Source of the DNA: Sphingomonadaceae bacterium
GTDB lineage: Bacteria > Chloroflexota > UBA6077
Direction of reading: 5' to 3'
Assembly: GCA_050261575.1 (NCBI GenBank)
Contig: JBLNDL010000077.1
Span: forward strand, 1-55,396
DNA: 55,396 bases
Under the pieces are notes generated by a model. That model was not told where the DNA came from, made no database searches, and saw only the letters and a program-made list of their open reading frames with translations. This document shows, piece after piece, positions 9,008-17,791 of the stretch. Made by a program: the position numbers and the translations under genes. Every line of letters begins with the position of its first letter. Within the stretch, counting starts at the first letter, position 1.

Positions 9008-9271
9008 TTATTTTCCTCCGCTTCCTCCCTTGATTCCGCCACCAAGGATGCTCCCGCCGCTGCTCCGGCCGGGGGACGGCTTCGGCACGGTTCCTCTATC
9101 CCAGCCACCCTGGTTCCATCCCCCTCCGCCGCCGATGATGATGGGCGGGCCCCAGCTTGCGCCGAAGGAGCCGCCATAGCCCCGCGGCGTGCAAGCATCG
9201 GCCATAGCCGAGAACCAGATGGCGATGATGAGTGCGATGATGGCGAGCGTGACGACTCTACTCATATTCAT
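9008..9271 (-). CDS. Small single-TM/secreted Gly-rich protein ending GGGIKGGSGGK (DUF4247-like tail)
   Basis: Hydrophobic N-terminus; overlaps the upstream stop (ATGA); occupies the operon position of DUF4247 proteins. Confidence 0.7.
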   Translation of the reverse strand: MNMSRVVTLAIIALIIAIWFSAMADACTPRGYGGSFGASWGPPIIIGGGGGWNQGGWDRGTVPKPSPGRSSGGSILGGGIKGGSGGK

Positions 9272-9816
9272 TGGGCAGCCCCCGCGTCCGCCAAGTCGAT
9301 CATCGAGCGGGTGTGCACGATGGTCAACTCACCTGGGAAGGTGTGGTAGGTGGTGACGGTTGCCTTCCGTCCTTCTAGTTGCCAGTCGATGCAGGTAACG
9401 GCGCTTCCGGCCTCGTCGCCTCCAGGGAAGCGGTACTGGAGCCTGCACGGCTGCGGAGTACCCAGCCTGGCGCACACAGCATCGAATACGTCGCTCGAGT
9501 AGCGGCGGTGCCGTAGGTCGAACCGGTAGGAGAGGTTGCCTCGTTCCGGACGATGAGACCAGCGACCTGCGCTGATCGTTTCGATCCGGCAGGGCAGGGT
9601 GTCCAGCCCCGGCCGCGGACACACAAGCAGCTCACACAGCAGTGTGCCGGCAGCCTCGACTTCCAAGAAGTGGCTGCCACCGATGATGGCCAGCGTGATC
9701 CGGCCCCCAGGTAGAGACAGCGTGTGCTCGGCAAGAACACGCACCAGTCCCCGCGGAGCCGCGGATTCGAAGAGATAGAAGTTGAGCTCCCCCGCCCGCT
9801 GCTCGACGTAATGCAC
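9268..9816 (-). CDS. DUF2617-family protein
   Basis: LAIIGGSH, YRFPG, TYHTFPGE..IVHTRS motifs; syntenic position; GTG start inferred. Confidence 0.72.
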   Translation of the reverse strand: MHYVEQRAGELNFYLFESAAPRGLVRVLAEHTLSLPGGRITLAIIGGSHFLEVEAAGTLLCELLVCPRPGLDTLPCRIETISAGRWSHRPERGNLSYRFDLRHRRYSSDVFDAVCARLGTPQPCRLQYRFPGGDEAGSAVTCIDWQLEGRKATVTTYHTFPGELTIVHTRSMIDLADAGAAQ

Positions 9817-9863
9817 AGTGGGAACCCCCCGATGGGGGTGGGTGGAGAGGGGGTGGCCTCTGT

Positions 9864-10412
9864 CTACTCCTCGGGATTCCCGGGGTAGATCGTTATCTGG
9901 TAGGGTTTGATTTCTTCCCCTGTGTAGCAACGGATCGTCCCAGTCATCTGCGACTGGTCCTCTTTCACCACGTTGTCGCCCCAGCGCTCGATGCAGAGGC
10001 GCTGGCCGCTCTCGCTCTCGTAGTCCCAGTACTCCACCCGCTCGGTGGTGGTCAGCTTGGACTTCTTTCGGACGATGGCATTGGCGAAGCCGTACTCTGC
10101 GCGGTGGTACTGCTCACCTTTCCAGGTGATGGGGTTCGCGGGCGGCATGTAGGGGTGGAAGGGGATCTCACGGTAGAGAGTCAACTCCAGTCCTTCGTCC
10201 TCGACCACGCCCAGCCAATACTTCTCGTTGGGGTTCACCAGGAGAAAGTCCCACCAGATATCGCCGCCGTCGCCGCGGTACTCGATCCGCTGCTCGACGA
10301 GGTAGTCCTGATCGCGGTAGGAGACGACGTCGCCGACCTGGATGGTCTGAGGCGTCCGTTCCTCGATCCTCTCGGGTTCCTTCTCCAAGCCAAACCACTT
10401 ACGCCAGTTCAT
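9864..10412 (-). CDS. DUF4178-domain protein
   Basis: IQVGDVVSY, WWDF, WLGVVED, VEYWDYE, LCIERWG pattern; GGAGG RBS before ATG at 10412. Confidence 0.8.
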   Translation of the reverse strand: MNWRKWFGLEKEPERIEERTPQTIQVGDVVSYRDQDYLVEQRIEYRGDGGDIWWDFLLVNPNEKYWLGVVEDEGLELTLYREIPFHPYMPPANPITWKGEQYHRAEYGFANAIVRKKSKLTTTERVEYWDYESESGQRLCIERWGDNVVKEDQSQMTGTIRCYTGEEIKPYQITIYPGNPEE

Positions 10413-10454
10413 TCGGATCCCTCCGGGGGAACTATACGGGCACACTGCGCCGGA

Positions 10455-10482
10455 AGCATACCATCTTTCGGAGGCCAGTCAA
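10455..10482 (-). promoter_or_regulatory. sigma70-type promoter for the DUF4178-speE operon
   Basis: TTGACT-N16-TATGCT with extended TG. Confidence 0.55.
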
Positions 10483-10623
10483 GACGAGCCCACTCCCAAA
10501 GAGGCGTCTCTGTCTCGTGTCGACTTCTCTGACTGGAAACGCTTACACCACCTGGAGCTACCTGCTTTGAGTTGGACAGAGGAGTGGCCTCCAGTGTTTC
10601 GGGATTCGGCTCCGTACCTGCCG

Positions 10624-10653
10624 TTGCAGCGGGCTCGGCGGCTCTGGTATAAT
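10624..10653 (+). promoter_or_regulatory. sigma70-type promoter for tRNA-His/tRNA-Arg
   Basis: TTGCAG-N18-TATAAT with extended TG. Confidence 0.6.
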
Positions 10654-10679
10654 TCTCGCACGCGGGGCGACTCGTGCAT

Positions 10680-10757
10680 GGTGAGGGTAGCCAAGTGGTT
10701 TAAGGCGCCAGGTTGTGGCCCTGGAGATCGTGGGTTCGAATCCCATTCCTCACCCCA
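10680..10757 (+). tRNA. tRNA-His (GUG)
   Basis: Cloverleaf, anticodon arm CCAGG-TTGTGGC-CCTGG, G-1, GTTCGAATC T-loop, encoded CCA. Confidence 0.97.
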
Positions 10758-10773
10758 GCCTCTCCAATCGTAT

Positions 10774-10846
10774 GCGCCAGTAGCTCAGGGGATAGAGCAC
10801 CAGTCTTCGGAACTGGGTGTCGGGGGTTCGAATCCCTCCTGGCGTG
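10774..10846 (+). tRNA. tRNA-Arg (UCG)
   Basis: GCGCCAG/CTGGCGT acceptor, anticodon arm CCAGT-CTTCGGA-ACTGG; CCA not encoded. Confidence 0.95.
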
Positions 10847-10865
10847 CCCACGCATGGGTAACCGG

Positions 10866-10903
10866 GCCGTGGCCGACTTACGGTGGGCCACGGCGTTTGA
10901 TTT
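10866..10903 (+). terminator. Intrinsic terminator after the tRNA pair
   Basis: GCCGTGGCC...GGCCACGGC stem followed by GTTTGATTT. Confidence 0.6.
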
Positions 10904-10986
10904 CTGGGCCAACCACTCTGGAGATGCTCGTTTCCGAGCTGCGATCGGCGCCAGCCAGGATGTCAACGCCGGCTACGCGAGCGGGC

Positions 10987-11811
10987 CTACTCGGCCGGCG
11001 CGATGGGCTCCTTCGGCAGGTTCTCCTTGGGTGCGTGACCGTTCTTCTCCAACATCCGTGGCAATAGCCCCTCCAGGAGATCCAGGGGCAGCGGGAAGAT
11101 GATGGTGGAGTTCTTCTCCACCGCGATCTCCGTCAGTGTCTGCATGTAGCGCAGTTGGAGCGCCGCCGGTGTCCGCGCGAGCTGGTCGGCCGCGTCGGCT
11201 AGGCGGGCGGCGGCGTCGTATTCGCCCTGAGCGTGGATGATCTTGGCCCTCTTCTCCCGCTCGGCCTCGGCCTGCTTCGCCATTGCCCGCTGCATCGCCT
11301 GGGGCAGCTCCACGTCCTTCACCTCCACGGTGCTCACCTTGATACCCCAAGGCTCCGTCTGCTCGTCGATGATCTGCTGGAGGTGGCGGTTGATCTTGTC
11401 GCGCTGCGCAAGTAGCTCGTCCAGATCCGACTGGCCCAGCACAGCCCGCAGCGTGGTCTGGGCGATCTGGGACGTCGCTCGGATGTAGTCCAGTACCTTC
11501 ACGACGGCCTGGTTGGGATCGACGACCCGGAAGTAGATGACCGCGTTCACCTTCACGGTCACGTTATCCCGCGTGATCACCTCCTGAGCCGGGACGTCCA
11601 TGGTGACGACGCGGAGATCCACCTTCTGCATCTTGTCGATGCCGGGAATGATGAAGAACAGCCCCGGCCCCTTGGCGCCCACGAGGCGACCGAGTCGGAA
11701 GATCACGCCTCGCTCGTACTCCTGAACCACCTTGATGGATGAAGCCAGGAGGAGGAAGGCCAAGGCGATCAAGAAGACCACACCTGTTCCCGCAGCAGTT
11801 ATGAACCCCAT
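10987..11811 (-). CDS. SPFH/band-7 (slipin/stomatin-like) membrane protein
   Basis: [54 protein letters not shown]. Confidence 0.93.
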   Translation of the reverse strand: MGFITAAGTGVVFLIALAFLLLASSIKVVQEYERGVIFRLGRLVGAKGPGLFFIIPGIDKMQKVDLRVVTMDVPAQEVITRDNVTVKVNAVIYFRVVDPNQAVVKVLDYIRATSQIAQTTLRAVLGQSDLDELLAQRDKINRHLQQIIDEQTEPWGIKVSTVEVKDVELPQAMQRAMAKQAEAEREKRAKIIHAQGEYDAAARLADAADQLARTPAALQLRYMQTLTEIAVEKNSTIIFPLPLDLLEGLLPRMLEKNGHAPKENLPKEPIAPAE

Positions 11812-11890
11812 CTCTAATACCCCTTTCTTTGCCCCTTCGTGGCCCTGGAAGGCACCATCTCCGGGGGGAGAGCATCCCTTACGTCCGCTG

Positions 11891-11954
11891 AGGAGATCAT
11901 ACCATGTACCGAGGTGATCACAGGTGATCATAAGGTGAGGTCCGGGTGTTGACA
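11891..11954 (-). promoter_or_regulatory. Putative SPFH promoter with phased direct repeats
   Basis: TTGTCA-N17-TATGAT on minus; AGGTGATCA repeats at 11912 and 11922, partial copies at 11891 and 11933. Confidence 0.45.
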
Positions 11955-11973
11955 ACAGCGGGGCGCGCTGGAA

Positions 11974-13098
11974 TCAGCCCGGCAGGAACCGCTTGCGGCG
12001 CATGATTATGCTCTGAACTATGCCGATGGAGATCAGGTTGGTGATGAGGGAGCTGCCGCCGTAGCTGATGAAGGGGAGCGTGATCCCGGTTACCGGCAGC
12101 AGGCGGAGGTTCGCCGCGATGTTGACGGTGATACTGAAGAGGAGTGTGATGGCGACGCCGGAAGCTACCATTCGACCGAAATCGTCTCGGGAGAGACTCG
12201 CCACGCGCAGCACCCGCATCAGCAGGAGGCCGAACAGCAGGAAGAGCACGACGGCGCCGACGAAGCCCAGCTCCTCCGCCAGCACCGAGAAGATGAAGTC
12301 GGAGTACTGAATCCGCAGGAAATGGCCCTGGCTCTGGGTTCCTGCCAGGAAGCCGCGCCCGAACATGCCGCCCGAGCCGATGCTGATCTGGGCCTGGATG
12401 ATGTTGTAGCCTTGCCCCCATGGGTCGCTCTCCGGATGAAGGAAGATGAGGATGCGGTCTCGCATGTAGTCCTTCAGCAGCGACCAGATGATAGGTATGG
12501 AAGCGACGGCGGCGGTGATGGTGAGCCCCAGGTATAGGTATCGGACCCCGGCGACGAGGCTCATCAGGAACCAGATCGTGACGAAGGTGGTGGAGGTGCC
12601 CAGATCCGGCTGTGCGTAGACCAGCGCCACCATCGGCGCCGTCAGCAGGAGGGAACCGGCAAAGTGTCGAAGCGCCCGGACCTGGGGCTGGTGATCGGCG
12701 AAGTAGCGGGCCAAGGCGAGCACGAGGGCAGGTTTCGCCAACTCCGAGGGCTGGAGTGGAAAGATCTTCAGGTCGATCCATCGCTGGGAGCCGTACTCCG
12801 CCTGGCCGTGGGCCGTGAACAACACGATCCCCAGCAGCAGGAGCGTGCCCGCGTAGACGAAGTAGGCGAGGGCGTACAGAATCCGGTAGTCCAGCGAAGC
12901 GGCGACGATCAGGAGGATGATCCCCACGACGGCGTACGCGATCTGGCGGGTCACGTAGCTGCTGAAGGCGATGACGTTGTTGTCGGTCGAGGGGAAGGTG
13001 GAGCTGTAGACCAGGGCGAGGCCGTAGGTCAGTATCACCAACAGGACCATCAGCATGAGGTAATCGGCGTAGCGCCACCGCTTCAGTATCGATCGCAT
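11974..13098 (-). CDS. rodA: Rod shape-determining protein RodA (SEDS)
   Basis: LQPSELAK, QPDLGT, SIGSGG..GRG, DFIFSVLAEELG, GITLPFISYGGSS; follows PBP2. Confidence 0.95.
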   Translation of the reverse strand: MRSILKRWRYADYLMLMVLLVILTYGLALVYSSTFPSTDNNVIAFSSYVTRQIAYAVVGIILLIVAASLDYRILYALAYFVYAGTLLLLGIVLFTAHGQAEYGSQRWIDLKIFPLQPSELAKPALVLALARYFADHQPQVRALRHFAGSLLLTAPMVALVYAQPDLGTSTTFVTIWFLMSLVAGVRYLYLGLTITAAVASIPIIWSLLKDYMRDRILIFLHPESDPWGQGYNIIQAQISIGSGGMFGRGFLAGTQSQGHFLRIQYSDFIFSVLAEELGFVGAVVLFLLFGLLLMRVLRVASLSRDDFGRMVASGVAITLLFSITVNIAANLRLLPVTGITLPFISYGGSSLITNLISIGIVQSIIMRRKRFLPG

Positions 13099-13116
13099 CG
13101 AGCTGCCATCAAACCT

Positions 13117-15045
13117 CTATCGGGCTTGCCGCGAGCCGGCCGTGGGGGTCGGCGTCGGATTGGGGTCGGAGTAGTTGAAGTACCGCTTGAAGATCTTCAT
13201 GGCGATGGGCAGGGCATCGCTAGGGCCGCCACCCCGCTGGACGAAGACTGTCACCGACACCTGTGGATCGTCGTAAGGGGCGTAGGCCGTGAACCAGCCG
13301 TGGGTGGGCATGATCCCCTTGGCGTCTTTGGGGCCGGGGAACTCGGCGGTGCCCGTCTTGCCGGCGATCTTCAGGGCGGGGATGTTGAACTTGCGGGCGT
13401 CGTCGTTCTCCGGCACCTTCTCCATGCCCCTGCGGATCGTGGCGAGGTTGCTCTCGCTGATGGGCAGGCGGCGAGTCTCCACCGGCTCCACGTTCCGGAT
13501 GAGGTTGTCCTCGGCGTCGCGGATGGATGCCACGACTCTGGGCTGGAGCAGCCGACCTCCGTTGGCAATGGCGTTGGTCGCGTTGGCCACTTGCAGGGGG
13601 GTGGCCAGCACGAAGCCCTGGCCGATCGACATGTTGTAGGTATCGCCCTTCAGCCACTCCTCTCCCCAGACTTCTTGCTTCCACTGCGCGGTGGGAACCA
13701 GGCCCTCCAGTTCCCCCGGGAGATCGATGCCCGTGGGGGCGCCGTACCCCAACAGCCGGGCGTAGTCGGCCAACCGCTCGTTTCCCAGCCCCTGGAAGTC
13801 CTTGAAGCCCCCTCCCAGGGTCCAGTAGTAGACGTCGCAGGAGTTGGCCAACCCGGTGACGAAGTCCTGGTAGCCATGCACACCCCAGCAGGGCAAGCGG
13901 GTGGGCAGGGCCGGATTGTACGGGTTGGGGATCGTCAGGGCGCCCTCGCACAGTATCCTGGTGTTGGCGTTGGCCACACCCTCCTGGAGGGAAGCCGCGG
14001 CCGTCACCAGCTTGAAGGTGGAGCCGGGGGGGAAGATGCCGCTGATGGCGTAGTTGATCATCGGCTTGCGGGGATCGTTCATCACCTTCTCTAGCTCGGA
14101 CGGGCGGACACGCCCCGAGAACAGGTTGTTGTCGAAGCTTGGGAGGCTTACCATCGCGAGGATCTGTCCGTTGCGGGGATCCATCACGATGGCGACTGCG
14201 GATTCGGACTTCCCCATCCCCTCCTTCAGGATGCTCTCCACGTCCTTCTGGAGGTCCACGTCGATGCTAAGGGTCAGGTTGCGGCCAGGATCGGGACTAT
14301 CGATGCTCAGGTCGTTTACGGGGCGCTCGGTGGCGTCCACCTCGTACAGTTTCTTGCCAGGCCGCCCGCGTAGCTCCCGCTCGTAGGTCGCCTCGATCCC
14401 CGCAGCGCCGATTCGGTCGTCAGGTTGGTAGGCGGCCTCCTTGTCTTGCTGTCTTGCCGCGAGTTGCTCCTCAGTGATGGGAAGCATGTAGCCCAGAATG
14501 TGGGACAAGAGGGCGCCGTACGGGTAGAGGCGGCTGGACTCCGGCTGGACGATGACGCCCGGCAGGCGGAGATGCCTCTCCTCGACGCGCAGCACCACGT
14601 CACGCTCCACATCCGACTTGATGATGACGGCAGCGAAGTCGTTCCCCTTCCGCTTGGCCACCTTGTCGGCGATCTCGGCTGGTGCGAGGTTGAGGAGGGC
14701 GCCGAGCTCCCGGTAGACCCGGTCCGGGTCGTCCTTCGGGAGGGCGGCGGGGACGATGGAGACCTGGAAGCTGGGGGTGTTGGCTGCCACTATCTTCTGA
14801 TTGCGATCGTAGACCACCCCGCGAGGGGCCGCGACCTGGGTCGTTCGGTAGCGGTTGACGTTCGCTAGCTCCAGGAAGGTGTGGCCTTCCACTATCTGGA
14901 GCCGCCACAGTTGAGCCAGGAGGATGCTGAAGACGAGGACTATCCCGGCGCGTATCAACACGAGCCTCCAGTCGGGCCCTGGCTCCTTCTTGGGATCTTG
15001 TGGCTGGGCGAGGGGGCTCCATCGGACGGGTCCAGAGGCTACCAT
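13117..15045 (-). CDS. mrdA: Penicillin-binding protein 2
   Basis: APRGVVYDRN, SxxK (GSTFK), SCD, KTG; within the mre operon. Confidence 0.95.
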   Translation of the reverse strand: MVASGPVRWSPLAQPQDPKKEPGPDWRLVLIRAGIVLVFSILLAQLWRLQIVEGHTFLELANVNRYRTTQVAAPRGVVYDRNQKIVAANTPSFQVSIVPAALPKDDPDRVYRELGALLNLAPAEIADKVAKRKGNDFAAVIIKSDVERDVVLRVEERHLRLPGVIVQPESSRLYPYGALLSHILGYMLPITEEQLAARQQDKEAAYQPDDRIGAAGIEATYERELRGRPGKKLYEVDATERPVNDLSIDSPDPGRNLTLSIDVDLQKDVESILKEGMGKSESAVAIVMDPRNGQILAMVSLPSFDNNLFSGRVRPSELEKVMNDPRKPMINYAISGIFPPGSTFKLVTAAASLQEGVANANTRILCEGALTIPNPYNPALPTRLPCWGVHGYQDFVTGLANSCDVYYWTLGGGFKDFQGLGNERLADYARLLGYGAPTGIDLPGELEGLVPTAQWKQEVWGEEWLKGDTYNMSIGQGFVLATPLQVANATNAIANGGRLLQPRVVASIRDAEDNLIRNVEPVETRRLPISESNLATIRRGMEKVPENDDARKFNIPALKIAGKTGTAEFPGPKDAKGIMPTHGWFTAYAPYDDPQVSVTVFVQRGGGPSDALPIAMKIFKRYFNYSDPNPTPTPTAGSRQAR

Positions 15046-15551
15046 CGCATCTTCTCCTCTTCTCCTGGTGGGGATCCGATGCTCCTAACTAGGGCGAAGG
15101 CCAGCGGGGCCAGCAGGGCGTTGAGGACCGCGCCTGGCACGGTCTGGAGGGCGAGGGTGCTGATCCAGTCCACGCTCATTCCAACTGCCTGCAGCGTCAG
15201 CATGATGATGCTGTGGTAAACCACGGTCGCCAGGAAGACGGCCACCAGCGGGATGATGAGGTTGGCGCGGTAGACGTTATCCTCACCCAGGCCAGTGGCA
15301 AGCCCGATCAGCCCCATCGAAATGGTTGCCGTCCCGAAGGGGACCGCAGAGAGGACGTCGACCAGCAGCCCGCCGAGGAGTCCGGCCAGCAGCCCCTCCT
15401 CGCTGCCCCGGACGACGGCGTGTACCACCACCAGCAGCAGCACCAGGTCGGGTCTAGCGGTGAAGATGGTCACCCTGCCGCCCAGGGCAACCTGAAAGAC
15501 GGCGGCCAGCAGGAGGGCCAGCGTCAGCAGCCCCAGACGTCGTGAGTGCAC
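15039..15551 (-). CDS. mreD: Rod shape-determining protein MreD
   Basis: Hydrophobic, PDLVLL and GLLVD motifs, between mreC and mrdA. Confidence 0.88.
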   Translation of the reverse strand: MHSRRLGLLTLALLLAAVFQVALGGRVTIFTARPDLVLLLVVVHAVVRGSEEGLLAGLLGGLLVDVLSAVPFGTATISMGLIGLATGLGEDNVYRANLIIPLVAVFLATVVYHSIIMLTLQAVGMSVDWISTLALQTVPGAVLNALLAPLAFALVRSIGSPPGEEEKMRW

Positions 15552-15568
15552 CGTGCCTCCAAGACGAT

Positions 15569-15640
15569 GTGACGAGCGATGAGTAATGAGTGACCACGGG
15601 GGACTACCCTGCTCGATACTCGTTACTCGTCACCCATTGC
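15569..15640. repeat. Inverted array of heptamer repeats (GTRAYGA x4 / TCRTYAC x4)
   Basis: gtgacga gcgatga gtaatga gtgacca ... tcgatac tcgttac tcgtcac ccattgc in the mreC-mreD spacer. Confidence 0.7.
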
Positions 15641-16453
15641 TCAATCCTTCGGAAAGTCGATGACGGCGTAGATCCGTTCCAGCTTGGATGTGTCCACAGC
15701 CGGCTCCAGGATGGCCTCCTGGAACATCTCGATGTTTCGCTTCTGCACCCGCACAACCTTGCCGATGGGCAAGCCCTCCGGGAGGCTGCCGCCGACTCCG
15801 GATGTGATCACGAGGTCCCCAGATTGGATTAGTTCCTGTTGGAGGATGTGCCTCATGATCAGGCCTCCCTCTTTGCGTCCGCCGACGATGCCGCTGGCGC
15901 GCGACACTGGGTCCTGCACCCGTGCGGCCACGGAGCTGCTGACGTCGGTTACCAGCAGGACGTGGGCGGTGGTGGGCTCCACCTGAATCACGCGGCCGGC
16001 GAGCCCTCGCCAGGTGATAATGGCTGTATCCTCGCGTATGCCGTCGTTACTTCCCTTGTCAATAATGATGGTGTTGAGGATGCCCGTGGCGTCGGTGCCC
16101 AACTGGCGGACCGGCAGCAACTGTAGCTTGGGATGGGCCTGCTTGAAGTCGAGCATACGGCGCAAGTCTTCGTTTTCCTGCTCCAACTCGCGCATGCGGA
16201 CCAGCTCGAAGTTCAGGCGGTCGATCTCCTCCCGCTGCTGCGCCACGGTGGAGCGAAGGGTGCCGATGCTGCCGAGGGTGTTCCAGAACTCGTAGAAGGA
16301 GTCTGCCAGGCCGGAAATGTAGTAGGTCAGGGGAGCAAGAAGCTGAGTGCCGAGATCCTGTGCTCTGCTTGCGCTGGCCGGCTGGAACACCAAGTAGAGA
16401 GCCGCCACCGCGGCCAGAGCGCTAGCCCACCAGGGAATAGGCTTGCGATCCAA
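15641..16453 (-). CDS. mreC: Rod shape-determining protein MreC
   Basis: TM, coiled coil ENEDLRRML, IDKGSNDGI, TSGVGG..PEGLPIG. Confidence 0.93.
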   Translation of the reverse strand: MDRKPIPWWASALAAVAALYLVFQPASASRAQDLGTQLLAPLTYYISGLADSFYEFWNTLGSIGTLRSTVAQQREEIDRLNFELVRMRELEQENEDLRRMLDFKQAHPKLQLLPVRQLGTDATGILNTIIIDKGSNDGIREDTAIITWRGLAGRVIQVEPTTAHVLLVTDVSSSVAARVQDPVSRASGIVGGRKEGGLIMRHILQQELIQSGDLVITSGVGGSLPEGLPIGKVVRVQKRNIEMFQEAILEPAVDTSKLERIYAVIDFPKD

Positions 16454-16480
16454 TGGCCATACCTCTCTGCCGTCGGTGGG

Positions 16481-17545
16481 TCATCGGCGCCGCGCGCCTC
16501 TGTTATCCTGGTTGTCGACCAGCACCCTGCGAAGCATGTCAAGGTCCTCCAAGACGCGGCCGGTGCCTCGCACCACCGACTGGAGGGGGTCCTCGGAGAT
16601 GTGGACCTCGATGCCGGTCCTCTCGGCGATCAGCCTGTCCAGGCCGGGCAGGAGGGCGCCACCGCCCGCCAGGGTGATGCCGCGGGTCATCATGTCCGCG
16701 ACCAACTCGGGCGGTGTCTCCTCGATGGTCTCGGTGACCGCTTCCAGTATGGCGCTGATCGACCCGGAGATGGCTTCGCGCACCTCCGCGCTGGTCAGCT
16801 CCACCTCTCCGGGTAGCCCGGTGAGGACGTCCCGCCCCCGCACCACGATGCTGCGGTCGTCGGCAGCCGGGTGGGCGCTGCCGGTGGTGATCTTGATCTC
16901 CTCGGCCATGCGCTCGCCAATCATCAGGTTGTGCCGCTGCCTGACGTAGAGCATGATGTCCTGGTCCAGCTCGTCGCCAGCGATGCGAATGGAGCGAAGG
17001 GCCACCATCCCTCCAAGGGAGATGACGGCCACCTCCGTGGTCCCGCCGCCGATGTCGACGATCATGCTCCCCGATGGCTCGGTGATGGGAAGGCCGGAGC
17101 CGATAGCGGCAGCCATCGGCTCCTCGATCAGCAGCGCCTCTCTTGCGCCCGCGCTGCAGGCCGCGTCGTGAACCGCCCTGCGCTCAACCTCGGTGACCCC
17201 GCTTGGGATGCCGACGACAACCCTCGGCCTGGGAATCAGCGTGAACTCCTCGTGCACCCTGCCGATGAAGTAGTGGAGCATCTGCTCGGTGACGTCGAAA
17301 TCGGAGATGACGCCATCTTTGAGTGGCCGTATGGCAACTATATTCGCGGGGGTGCGACCCACCATCCGCTTGGCCTCCGAGCCGATGGCAAGCACCTTCC
17401 TGGTCTTCTTGTTGATTGCGACGACGGATGGCTCGTTGATGACTACCCCTTTGCCTCGCACCAGGACCAGGGTGTTGGCGGTGCCCAGATCGATTCCGAT
17501 GTCCCTGGACATCAAACCAAGGATTGCGTTGAGGGGGCTGAACAC
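16481..17545 (-). CDS. mreB: Rod shape-determining protein MreB
   Basis: DIGIDLGTANT, RPLKDGVI, DIGGGTTE, ETPPEL, GGGALL. Confidence 0.97.
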   Translation of the reverse strand: MFSPLNAILGLMSRDIGIDLGTANTLVLVRGKGVVINEPSVVAINKKTRKVLAIGSEAKRMVGRTPANIVAIRPLKDGVISDFDVTEQMLHYFIGRVHEEFTLIPRPRVVVGIPSGVTEVERRAVHDAACSAGAREALLIEEPMAAAIGSGLPITEPSGSMIVDIGGGTTEVAVISLGGMVALRSIRIAGDELDQDIMLYVRQRHNLMIGERMAEEIKITTGSAHPAADDRSIVVRGRDVLTGLPGEVELTSAEVREAISGSISAILEAVTETIEETPPELVADMMTRGITLAGGGALLPGLDRLIAERTGIEVHISEDPLQSVVRGTGRVLEDLDMLRRVLVDNQDNRGARRR

Positions 17546-17668
17546 GGGCTCCTCCTAGCGTCGAGTCAACGGGGGGTTCAGGGCTGATTTCGGGGCGCTG
17601 CGGGGCGGACGGCCGGGCGCCGTGTGCCGCCATCGCGACCCCATCAAGTTGATCAAGAGCGCCGCGAT

Positions 17669-17698
17669 ACTATACCACGCTGGCGGAGGAGGGTTCAA
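17669..17698 (-). promoter_or_regulatory. sigma70-type promoter for the mreB operon
   Basis: TTGAAC-N18-TATAGT with extended TG. Confidence 0.6.
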
Positions 17699-17745
17699 GA
17701 AAGGAGAAAGGAGCAAAGAGCAACCCGGGACCGGCCCGCTGGCGG

Positions 17746-17791
17746 CGGAAAGGTCACTCGGGGCAAAGAGGTGCCCCGAGTGACCTTTCCG
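17746..17791 (-). terminator. Perfect 20-bp hairpin closing the candidate ncRNA
   Basis: CGGAAAGGTCACTCGGGGCA-N6-TGCCCCGAGTGACCTTTCCG; no U-tract immediately after the stem. Confidence 0.6.

Noticed and set aside
10680..10990. Prophage or island integration at the tRNA genes (also 45595-45894)
   Set aside because: No integrase, no duplicated tRNA 3' end seen, and no obvious compositional shift
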